From Ranitomeya imitator (Eukaryota), in the NCBI RefSeq assembly GCF_032444005.1, contig NC_091290.1:7502001-7566000 (forward strand): a stretch of DNA of 64,000 nt, written 5' to 3'. Both the position numbers and the translations under genes were made by a program. The notes under the pieces were generated by a model, which saw only the letters and a list, made by a program, of their open reading frames with translations, searched no databases and was not told the origin of the DNA. How positions within the stretch are numbered: the stretch's first letter is position 1; each line of letters begins with the position of its first letter. Positions 26,301-36,523 of this stretch are shown in pieces.

Positions 26301-29300
26301 ACTGCATTATAACCAGGGCTGGCAGCAATGTCCAGAGGGAAGATGTACGCATGGTCCCTTCTCTGGCCTCACCTTGTCGGGGGCATTCTTGCTCAGCATC
26401 AGAGGGAAGACTCTCTCGTGAAGCTTGGACTCCGGGAAACCCTTGTTGTTACAGCCGTACATGAAGACGTTGCTCTTACGACTGTGGCCATGAAAGTCGC
26501 AGTAAAGAAGAACCTCTCTCTCCGCTAGAAGCCTGAGGGGAAGAGAGCATTAAACGGTAAATTAATTAGCCACGGTGTCCCGAGAAAAGGTCCCTGACCG
26601 CCCATCTTTCCACTTTGTGCACAATGGATGTGGTGATCTCCGTGTCCATGCAGTGATGATGGCACAGGCCTCCTGTTCTGCACAGGCAAGGAACACTTCC
26701 AGCGCTTGTGCAGATGCAGGCAGCAGATTTTCCAGCATCTATGCAATCCTATGAAAGGGGCATCTGTTATACTATGTCTGGTATACGCTTTCTACCAGCA
26801 AAGCAGCAAACGACCATTTGGTCCCATCACAGGCGCACCCTTGGTCACTTTTTCACCTACTTTTTTTCCAGCTATCACCATCCTCCTCTTGCTCCTGTGA
26901 AACCAGAGACATCAATCAAGGAACAAGAGGGTGGAGATAAAAGGAAAACAACTAGGTGGGGAGATGCACTCACGCCTGCGGCTACACCAAGGGTGCACTG
27001 AGACTCTGTCAACGATCATTTTGTGCTAACAGACTGCCTTTAATTTACTCACTGCCGATACTAAATCCACAGGATAAGTCATAGCCATAGCCATTTCATA
27101 GCCAGCCGTAGGACCTGAATCATTAGGACATTTATTCCATATCCTTGTGGATATGATAGAACTGTCTGAGATGGGACAATCCCTCTAAGAATTTGACAGA
27201 TGTCTAAATGACCGTGTATTTATAATATACATGGGATGTCACAGGCACGGTACAGGGCTCATCACTGGATAACATACATGTCCCATAGGTGATCGTCATT
27301 TACTCACCTTTTAACCATAGCCCGAGTGTGCCATATACACGGGAAGGAATCTTTCAGCATAGTCCTGTAATTCCTATTGAGGTCCCTCCCCGAGAGGGAG
27401 CAGCGGTAATTCCCAACGATCACCCCATCAGGGTTCAGCATGGGAATGACCTTAAAGATAAATGTGTCCCTGAGCAGCTGAGCGTCGGGGGAGTCGCTGA
27501 GGATGAAGTCCAGGAAGCCTCTCATCATCCAGGAGCCGTTGGTCTCCCCGGGGTGCACCCTTGCCGTCACTACCACGGCTTTCTTACTGACTGCCAGTGC
27601 AGGTTTTATAGAGGAGGAAGTGACGGTCAATATGTAGACGGTGTTACCGGCCAGACTCCTACACAAGGCCCGGAGCTTACAATACTGGGATCGCTCAGGA
27701 TCACTCGTCCACCTCTGAAGATCCCTACTCAGATCAGAGTACGTGTACGGATAGCAATGTGCAAAGTAACACGTGTCATCGTCATGGGGGAACATGAATG
27801 TCCAGGTCAAGCAGTAGAGAGCGGCCCCCTCCTGAGTTCGAGAACTTCTGTAGTACTTTATATCTGCCCCTTCTCGTCTCCATCCTTCCCCCCGCAGCGC
27901 AGCATTGTGCTCGGAGTACATCAGGGGCTTCATTCCTGCATTGTAAAGACTATTCCTCTTCATCAGGTTGGTGATGGTGAATCGATAAGGAATGCCCCTC
28001 CGCGTCTTCTTCACCTGGAAGTAGAACCACTGTGTGTGCTTGCTGGTGTAGAGGTCAGTACGTAGCGTAAGTTCATACTCATATGTCCCCCTGCGGGCAA
28101 AACAAATGTGGGTAATGTACGGGTGAGCTACGCCATCCCCCAAAGTCACCACCTTTTTATAAATGTGCATTACTAAAGTGGCCATAAAGGAACCTTTACA
28201 CGCCTCATAAAACTGCCAACAGAGAACAGGAACCTGCAGCACTAGAGCTAACATCAGACTGCCCCCAGATCACGTCAGACTGCCCCCAGATCACGTCAGA
28301 ATGCCCCCAGATCACGTCAGACTGCCCCCAGCTCACGTCAGAATGCCCCCAGATCACGTCAGACTGCCCCCAGCTCACATCAGACTGCCCCCAGATCACG
28401 TCAGACTGCCCCCAGATCACGTCAGACTGCCCCCAGATCACGTCAGACTGCCCCCAGCTCACATCAGACTGCCCCCAGATCACGTCAGACTGCCCCCAGA
28501 TCACGTCAGACTGCCCCCAGCTCACGTCAGAATGCCCCCAGATCACGTCAGACTGCCCCCAGCTCACGTCAGAATGCCCCCAGATCACGTCAGACTGCCC
28601 CCAGCTCACATCAGACTGCCCCCAGATCACGTCAGACTGCCCCCAGATCACGTCAGACTGCCCCCAGATCACGTCAGACTGCCCCCAGCTCACATCAGAC
28701 TGCCCCCAGATCACGTCAGACTGCCCGCAGATCACGTCAGACTGCCCCCAGATCACGTCAGACTGCCCCCAGATCACGTCAGAATGCCCCCAGATCACGT
28801 CAGACTGCCCCCAGATCACGTCAGACTGCCCCCAGATCACGTCAGACTGCCCCCAGATCACGTCAGACTGCCCCCATCTCACGTCAGACTGCCCCCAGAT
28901 CACGTCAGACTGCCCCCAGATCACGTCAGACTGCCCCAGATCACGTCAGACTGCCCCCAGATCACGTCAGACTGCCCCCAGATCACGTCAGACTGCCCCC
29001 AGATCACGTCAGACTGCCCCCAGATCACGTCAGACTGCCCCCAGATCACGTCAGAATGCCCCCAGATCACGTCAGACTGCCCCCAGATCACGTCAGACTG
29101 CCCCCAGATCACGTCAGACTGCCCCCAGATCACGTCAGACTGCCCCCAGATCACGTCAGACTGCCCCCAGATCACGTCAGACTGCCCCCAGATCACGTCA
29201 GAATGCCCCCAGATCACGTCAGAATGCCCCCAGATCACGTCAGACTGCCCCCAGATCACGTCAGAATGCCCCCAGATCACGTCAGACTGCCCCCAGATCA

Positions 29301-32300
29301 CGTCAGACTGCCCCCAGATCACGTCAGACTGCCCCCAGCTCACGTCAGACTGCCCCCAGCTCACGTCAGACTGCCCCCAGATCACGTCAGACTGCCCCCA
29401 GATCACGTCAGACTGCCCCCAGATCACGTCAGAATGCCCCCAGATCACGTCAGACTGCACCCAGATCACGTCAGACTGCACCCAGATCACGTCAGACTGC
29501 ACCCAGATCACGTCAGACTGCCCCCAGATCACGTCAGAATGCCCCCAGATCACGTAAGACTGCCCCCAGATCACGTCAGACTGTCCCCATCTCACGTCAG
29601 ACTGCCCCCATCTCACGTCAGACTGCCCCCATCTCACGTCAGACTGCTCCCAGATCACGTCAGACTGCCCCCAGATCACGTCAGACTGCTCCCAGATCAC
29701 GGCAGACTGCCCCCAGATCACGTCAGACTGCTCCCAGCTCACGTCAGACTGCCCCCAGATCACGTCAGACTGCTCCCAGATCACGTCAGACTGCCCCCAT
29801 CTCACGTCAGACTGCCCCCAGATCACGTCAGACTGCCCCCAGATCACGTCAGACTGCTCCCAGATCACGTCAGAATGCCCCCAGATCACGTCAGACTGCC
29901 CCCACATCACGTCAGACTGCCCCCAGATCACGTCAGACTGCCCCCAGATCACATCAGACTGCCCCCAGATCACGTCAGACTGCCCACAGATCACGTCAGA
30001 CTGCCCCCAGATCACATCAGACTGCCCCTGGATCACGTCAGACTGCCCCCGGCTTGCTGGTAGTTTGCTTGCTGGGAGTTGTAGCGCCAAATCTTAGGCA
30101 CTGCAGGTTACTGACTCCTGATTTAGCAGATATCACTGTGCTCATTAAATGGCCTTAAAAATTGTCTTAATGTGTAAAATAGAGGATCTCATTAATAACT
30201 CCAAAGCCTCAGATACTATTTTATTGTTTTAAAAACTTACGGACCACCCATTGTCTTGGTGGTCTGAATATAACTCTGCAGTTGCAGAAGCAGGAAGGAG
30301 GGGAAGATGTCACAGACAGACAGATTTTCCCCAGAGAAGAGACGTTTTTCTGCTGAGCCTTCCTTCCTGATCCGTGCATACACTGCCCTCAATAATGCCA
30401 GTGCAGCAGTCCTGTGCAGTCGCTCTGCTGTGGACTGGGACACTACAGAATCTGCTGGGTGTTAGCAATGTGTAGAAGTAAAAAAATCAAATGCAAAAAA
30501 AACAAAAACAAAGAGCACCTATGGGAAAAGACTACAGATATAGCCCCGCCCCCGAGGACCCAACACAAAACATCCCTCATATAAAAATATTTACATCTCA
30601 CCAGACATTTATAGCAAGTCTTGTCGGTAGGCCATAAATGTCCGGAATGGGAACACCCCTACAATAAACATTGCTTTCTGTTTTATTCTAGGGCATTTCA
30701 GGCCATCAGGTTACTCACACTTTCATAGCTTTCTGGAGATTGCCGCTTTCAAATCGGGACTCAAACTGTAAATCGTGGCTGTTCTTCCCATTCATATTTG
30801 CTGGCACATTAGTGGAACAACGGCGCCCGCCAGCACGAGAGCCGGTGAAATAGGAGCCCTTGTAAGCTGGAAGTAGAATACTACCAATCAGATGTATTCT
30901 CAGACAGTATGTCAGTATATAGAGGGTATGTATAATATACAGTATATATATACACCATTGTAAACCACTGGTGGGTAAGTTATGTGGTTGAAGCATTACA
31001 CGGGGTCTTTCAGCTGAATACATGGACATACTTGGTCTCCAGATGGAGACTTGTTCTTCTTTGGGCATTCTTGACTATAGATAAGGGATACAAATAAGAG
31101 GTTCTTATCTTTAAAAGACTTTGATATGATTTTGATATTAGGAGCTTTTTGGACAATTCCCTCAGGGAGTAGTTGGGTGTTTGGCGCTGCTCACCATTAA
31201 GTAAGACCACCCTAACAAGCAGACTTGACCGTGTTATTACACCACACGGTGTCACCATTACCTTGGCTGATTTCATAGACCACTTTGCCTTCCCCCTCGG
31301 AGGTGTACGGCATGGCTTCCTTTCCCGTATGTCTGTAGAACGGCTCCGGATTTGGGGGCTCGCACTCTGCAGGCACAATACATGATGTAGGTTTACTAGG
31401 CACATAACATTCATTGCTGCGGCTGAGGACAGGGTCCCACAAGGGGAAATAAGAGGATTTCTGTACTGGAAATGTTTACAAATCTCCTATCTGCTGTGTA
31501 AAGTTCCCTGCGCTGAAGATCTGACGTGTGCGACGTGCCAGTCTATGCTGCCGATACTCACCAATATGACTGATCTCCTCAGAAATAACGGCACACTCAG
31601 TGGGCCAGCGCGGAGGCTTTAGGAGGCCATTCTTCTTGGAGGTAGAAAACAAATCTCTGGGTTCGCTGAGGCGCGGGATGCCCTGTCCTTCCTGACTATC
31701 GAACACAATCTGGCGGCTCTTGAACACGGCACTCTCCAGCAGCAATGAATCTGCAGGGGAAGAAAGAAAAAGATTAGCTAAACAAAACTGGTCTCACGGG
31801 CCGAGACCCCCAGACATCGGCTGTAATCTATGGGGGTGATTCATTCCTCTGCAGAGCAGTACAGGGTGTACTCATTAAACTCTACAGGCTGTCCAATGTG
31901 GCCACAGCAATACGCGCAGACCCGCCATGGAGCTACGCCATAACGCCACGACACCCCACCGCGATACGCAGCGGCACTAGAGCGCACACATACAAATCAG
32001 CTTCTTCTGGTCATCCGGGGTAGACTGTCTGTCGGAATCACTGTCTGTCACTTCTTTTCTTTGGTTCCTCACTGCCGGTCGCAGTAAGATCTCTTTTACT
32101 TTTTCTTCATTCTCTGGTAAAAAATATGTATAAAGTATGAGTGCCCCAGGGCGAAAACTGGAAACCAATCTCCCCCGCTCTCATGTGATTTGTGGTACTG
32201 ATCTCTTCATATGAACATGTAGTCCCGTCTCCAGGTCCCCCCATAATTATATTTCTATCACCCAGGACCCTCTAACTAATGGCTGCTGGGGCACAGGCTC

Positions 32301-34196
32301 TACTGTTGTGTCCTTACCTTTATAATAGCCGTAATATCTCAGGTGACGTCGCATGAAGCTCTCGTAGGGGTCGGTAAGGAGCTGGAAAAGCCGTGAGATC
32401 AAATTAGATCCCTCACATAATAGTAATGACAATGTCTCCTCCATAGAAACAATAATAGGTTGGGGTCTCCAGTACAAGTGACACAGAGGCTGCATATGTG
32501 AGCGGCCCCCGACTCATTCACTGCCCACTAAATGCCTGACCAGGGAAAATGGGGTCCAGGGATCCTGATCGCTAATGATTGTGGGGGGATAAACCTCTGC
32601 CAGAGGAGTCGGGAGCTGGAGGGGGAATAGACAGGGGGGTCCCTCTCCCCAGTAACACGTGGCCAATACCTGGTGCACATATGTATGGGGGAGTTGGGAA
32701 AGAATAGTTGGCACATGTGTATGTGTCAGTGCACCAGAGCTGGAATCTCAGTGCATGGATAGATACTGCTGGGCTTCAATATGCCCGATCCTATAAGCCT
32801 CCCTTATATCTGAGATGACGCTTTTACATTAGACTGTCAGCTCCTCTACGCTGCGGTGAAAGCTTCCTGCACCTTTATCCATGGGCACAATAACGATGAT
32901 CAGTAGATGCCAACTCGGGACAAAGCTTCGGGCCCGGCCCCGTAATGTTCTGGCAGCGCAATGTTTGGCCTCCATGGCGTCCCCGCGTACATGGCGATCT
33001 GTGGTTAGGAGTCTCGGGAGGAGACTTGTGTACATGGTTCAGGCTCCTCACTACGAGGTGAACTAGTGTAATGGAGGGGCCGGGGTGGTCCCAACACAGG
33101 AGGAGGAAAGAACTGGGGCAGTACGATTGTAGGACAATGTGAGGGGTGAAATAATTAGGAGCGACGGGAAAGAAGGATAAGAAAGGAGAGCGTGAAGACT
33201 CTAGAGAGACCAGAACACTGAGACCCCGCCCGGCTGGGGGTGTAGGGGGATTACAGGGGATTCGGGGAAGTGTTTGATGCAGGGAATTTGTATGCCAAGA
33301 TTTGGGGCATCGTGTTCAAAAGTAGGGGCATGTGCAAGACTGCGGCATTGGAGAGAGGGCGGAGGGAACCCGGGGAGAGGAAGGAGGGACCCCCGGGGAG
33401 AGGGCGGAAGGACCCCCGGGGAGAGGGCGGAAGGACCCCCGGGGAGAGGACGGAGAGACCCCGGGGAGAGGACGGAGAGACCCCGGGGAGAGGACGGAGA
33501 GACCCCGGGGAGAGGACGGAGAGACCCCGGGGAGAGGGCGGAGGGAACCCGTGGAGAGGATGGAGGGACCCCCGGGGAGAGGACGGAGAGACCCCGGGGA
33601 GAGGACGGAGAGACCCTGGGGAGAGGACGGAGAGATCCAGGGGAGAGGACGGAGAGACCCCGGGGAGAGGACGGAGAGACCCCGGGGAGAGGACGGAGAG
33701 ACCCCGGGGAGAGGACGGAGAGACCCCGGGGAGAGGACGGAGAGACCCCGGGGAGAGGACGGAGGGACCCCCGGGGAGAGGACGGAGAGACCCCGGGGAG
33801 AGGACGGAGAGACCCCGGGGAGAGGGCGGAGGGACCCCCGGGGAGAGGACGGAGGGACCCCCGTGGAGAGGACGGAGGGACCCCCGTGGAGAGGACGGAG
33901 GGACCCCCGGGGAGAGGGCGGAGGGACCCCCGGGGAGAGGACGGAGGGACCCCCGGGGAGAGGACGGAGAGACCCCGGGGAGAGGACGGAGAGATCCCGG
34001 GGAGAGGACGGAGGGACCCCGCGGAGAGGGCGGCCTCTTATTTGGTGTCACCTACAGCCGGGGGCTTCACTATTACAATGACCGCAGCACCGGAAGTATA
34101 CACGTAGCGATCACTGTCCGCTGTCACCCGCAGAACTACAGACGGGGGCACCGGGGACGGGCGGGAAAGGAACCAGAGAATCACCTCAGGAGTCAT
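11345..34196 (-). CDS. AGBL2: Cytosolic carboxypeptidase 2 (tubulin deglutamylase, M14 family)
   Basis: Confident exons: 32318-32381 ([18 protein letters not shown]), 31994-32113, 31562-31750, 31262-31366, 30719-30866 ([13 protein letters not shown]), 27308-28090, 26373-26532 ([10 protein letters not shown]), 26089-26215 (SYTMESTF), 24891-24991, 24648-24778, 23639-23705, 22577-22675, 17453-17539. Probable: ATG exon 34185-34227 (MTPE, ATG 34194-34196), 15923-16010, 15765-15851, 15440-15673, 13038-13092, 12775-12905, 12201-12334, terminal 11345-11356. Exons near 16204-16258 and 16944/16983-17044 are unresolved. Position between FNBP4 and MTCH2 favours AGBL2 over AGBL3. Confidence 0.9.
11517..11684. 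mobile_element. TTAA-flanked MITE (T2/Kolobok-like), degenerate
   Basis: TTAA|AGGGGTTGTCC at left, TTAA at 11681-11684; internal inverted repeats AAACATG/CATGTTT and TTTCAG/CTGAAA. Confidence 0.45.
13212..14638. repeat. 29-bp minisatellite with 7-8-mer higher-order structure (AGBL2 intron)
   Basis: Unit GAGAGCGGGACCTGCATCTGACCGCCGCA, about 49 copies; a +5-nt variant recurs at 13574, 13782, 14019, 14227. Confidence 0.95.
16560..16925. repeat. ~30-34-bp minisatellite
   Basis: CCCCCAAAGCTGCATCAGGATCTCCAAACCAGTG-like units, about 11 copies. Confidence 0.9.
17857..22458. repeat. 63-bp minisatellite, ~73 copies, in an AGBL2 intron
   Basis: Constant 63-bp period (21-residue repeats in the ORF track); lies between AGBL2 exons 22577-22675 and 17453-17539. 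Confidence 0.97.
23796..24578 (+). mobile_element. Internally deleted Tc1/mariner element
   Basis: TA|CAGGTG start and CCCCTG|TA end; transposase C-terminal motif [18 protein letters not shown] at about 24122-24175. Confidence 0.75.
25378..26065. mobile_element. Non-autonomous DNA transposon / MITE with imperfect terminal inverted repeats (Harbinger-like, inferred)
   Basis: ATTCTCAGACAAG 25409-25421 vs CTTGTCTGAGAAT 26019-26031; GGCTACACGGTGA vs TCACTGTGCAGCC at the ends. Confidence 0.45.
27308..28090 (-). CDS. AGBL2: AGBL2 783-nt catalytic-domain exon
   Basis: [24 protein letters not shown]...[12 protein letters not shown] (HxxE zinc motif)...[21 protein letters not shown]; flanked by CAG| and |GTGAGT. 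Confidence 0.97.
28251..30050. repeat. 21-bp minisatellite, ~86 copies
   Basis: Unit AGACTGCCCCCAGATCACGTC; one 20-bp unit near 28935 shifts the frame. Confidence 0.97.
33352..34030. repeat. 22-bp purine-rich minisatellite
   Basis: Unit CCCCGGGGAGAGGACGGAGAGA, about 30 copies. Confidence 0.95.
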
Positions 34197-34317
34197 GGCG
34201 GTCGGAGGGAAGGACACAGAAAACCACCTGAGGAGAAAGAAGACGGATATTATCACCAGAGGAGAAACAACGGAAATGTCACAGATTATAATCACCAGAA
34301 GCCTCCTCCGCCCCCGC

Positions 34318-36375
34318 ACACACCGGCTCCGGTCTCCTCCAGTCACACCGGCTCCGGTCCCCGTTCTTCTCCCCGGTCTCCTCCTTCTCTCACACCGGCT
34401 CCGGTCTCCTCCTTCTCCCCGGTCTCCTTCTCTCACACCGGCTCCGGTCTCCTCCTCCTGTCGCACCGGCTCCGGTCTCCTCCTTCTCTCACACCGGCTC
34501 CGGTCTCCTCCTTCTCTCACACCGGCTCCGGTCTCCTCCTTCTCTCACACCGGCTCCGGTCTCCTCCTTCTCTCACACCGGCTCCGGTCTCCTCCTTCTC
34601 TCACACCGGCTCCGGTCTCCTCCTTCTCTCACACCGGCTCCGGTCTCCTCCTTCTCTCACACCGGCTCCGGTCTCCTCCTTCTCTCACACCGGCTCCGGT
34701 CTCCTCCTTCTCTCACACCGGCTCCGGTCTCCTCCTTCTCTCACACCGGCTCCGGTCTCCTCCTTCTCTCACACCGGCTCCGGTCTCCTCCTTCTCTCAC
34801 ACCGGCTCCGGTCTCCTCCTTCTCTCACACCGGCCCTGGTCTCCTCCTTCTCTCACACCGGCCCTGGTCTCCTCCTTCTCTCACACCGGCTCCGGTCTCC
34901 TCCTTCTCTCACACCGGCCCTGGTCTCCTCCTTCTCTCACACCGGCTCCGGTCTCCTCCTTCTCTCACAGCGGCCCTGGTCTCCTCCTTCTCTCACACCG
35001 GCCCTGGTCTCCTCCTTCTCTCACACCGGCTCCGGTCTCCTCCTTCTCTCACACCGGCCCCGGTCTCCTCCTTCTCTCACACCGGCTCCGGTCTCCTCCT
35101 TCTCTCACACCGGCCCCGGTCTCCTCCTTCTCTCACACCGGCTCCGGTCTCCTCCTTCTCTCACACCGGCCCCGGTCTCCTCCTTCTCTCACACCGGCTC
35201 CGGTCTCCTCCTTCTCCCCGGTCTCCTTCTCTCACTCCGGCCCCGGTCTCCTCCTTCTCTCACACCGGCCCCGGTCTCCTCCTTCTCTCACACCGGCTCC
35301 GGTCTCCTCCTTCTCTCACACCGGCTCCGGTCTCCTTCTCTCACACCGGCCCCGGTCTCCTCCTTCTCTCACACCGGCTCCGGTCTCCTTCTCTCACACC
35401 GGCCCCGGTCTCCTCCTTCTCTCACACCGGCCCCGGTCTCCTCCTTCTCTCACACCGGCTCCGGTCTCCTCCTTCTCTCACACCGGCCCCGGTCTCCTCC
35501 TTCTCTCACACCGGCTCCGGTCTCCTCCTTCTCTCACACCGGCCCCGGTCTCCTCCTTCTCTCACACCGGCTCCGGTCTCCTCCTTCTCTCACACCGGCT
35601 CCGGTCTCCTCCTTCTCTCACACCGGCCCCGGTCTCCTCCTTCTCTCACACCGGCTCCGGTCTCCTCCTTCTCTCACACCGGCCCCGGTCTCCTCCTTCT
35701 CTCACACCGGCTCCGGTCTCCTCCTTCTCCCCGGTCTCCTTCTCTCACTCCGGCCCCGGTCTCCTCCTTCTCTCACACCGGCCCCGGTCTCCTCCTTCTC
35801 TCACACCGGCTCCGGTCTCCTCCTTCTCTCACACCGGCTCCGGTCTCCTTCTCTCACACCGGCCCCGGTCTCCTCCTTCTCTCACACCGGCCCCGGTCTC
35901 CTCCTTCTCTCACACCGGCTCCGGTCTCCTCCTTCTCTCACTCCGGCCCCGGTCTCCTCCTTCTCTTACACCGGCCCCGGTCTCCTCCTTCTCTCACACC
36001 GGCTCCGGTCTCCTCCTTCTCCCGGTCTCCTTCTCTCACTCCGGCCCCGGTCTCCTCCTTCTCTCACACCGGCTCCGGTCTCCTCCTTCTCTCACACCGG
36101 CCCCGGTCTCCTCCTTCTCTCACACCGGCTCCGGTTTCCTCCTTCTCCCCGGTCTCCTCCTGTCACACCGGCTCCGGTCTCCTCCTTCTCCCCGGTCTCC
36201 TCCTGTCACACCGGCTCCGGTCTCCTCCTTCTCCCCGGTCTCCTCCTGTCACACCGGCCCGGGTCTCCTCCTTCTCTTCGGTCTCCTCCTTCTCTCACAC
36301 CGGCCCCGGTCTCCTCCTTCTCCCCGGTCTCCTCCTTCTCCCCGGTCTCCTCCTGTCACACCGGCTCCGGTCTCC
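34318..36375. repeat. 28-bp pyrimidine-rich minisatellite (AGBL2 intron 1)
   Basis: Unit CACCGGCTCCGGTCTCCTCCTTCTCTCA, about 73 copies. Confidence 0.97.
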
Positions 36376-36416
36376 GTTCTTCTCCAGCTCCAGGCCCCTC
36401 CTCTCTACACTCTCAC

Positions 36417-36523
36417 CGTTGCCTGGAGACGCGGGTCACGTGCTCCCCCTGCACTTCCGGCCTGTAGAGAAGGTTTCTCCTTGACGTTACGACCCGGCTT
36501 CCGTGACGTATCCAAGATGGCGG
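36417..36523. promoter_or_regulatory. Bidirectional CpG promoter shared by AGBL2 (-) and MTCH2 (+)
   Basis: AGBL2 non-coding exon 1 donor AACG|GTGAGA at 36416; X-box-like GTTGCCTGGAGAC 36418-36430; E-box CACGTG 36437-36442; ETS ACTTCCGG 36453-36460 and CTTCCG 36498-36503; CRE-like TGACGT 36482 and 36504; YY1 CAAGATGGCGG 36513-36523 over the MTCH2 ATG. Confidence 0.75.

Noticed and set aside
28205-30090. PPDHVRL / WGQSDVI repeat ORFs
   Set aside because: A 21-bp intronic tandem repeat; open frames are a by-product of the unit sequence.
32400-33330. Alternative AGBL2 start exons (ATGs near 32680, 32880, 33310)
   Set aside because: Their donors are in the wrong phase for the phase-0 exon at 32381; the 34185-34227 exon fits phase, Kozak context and acceptor better.
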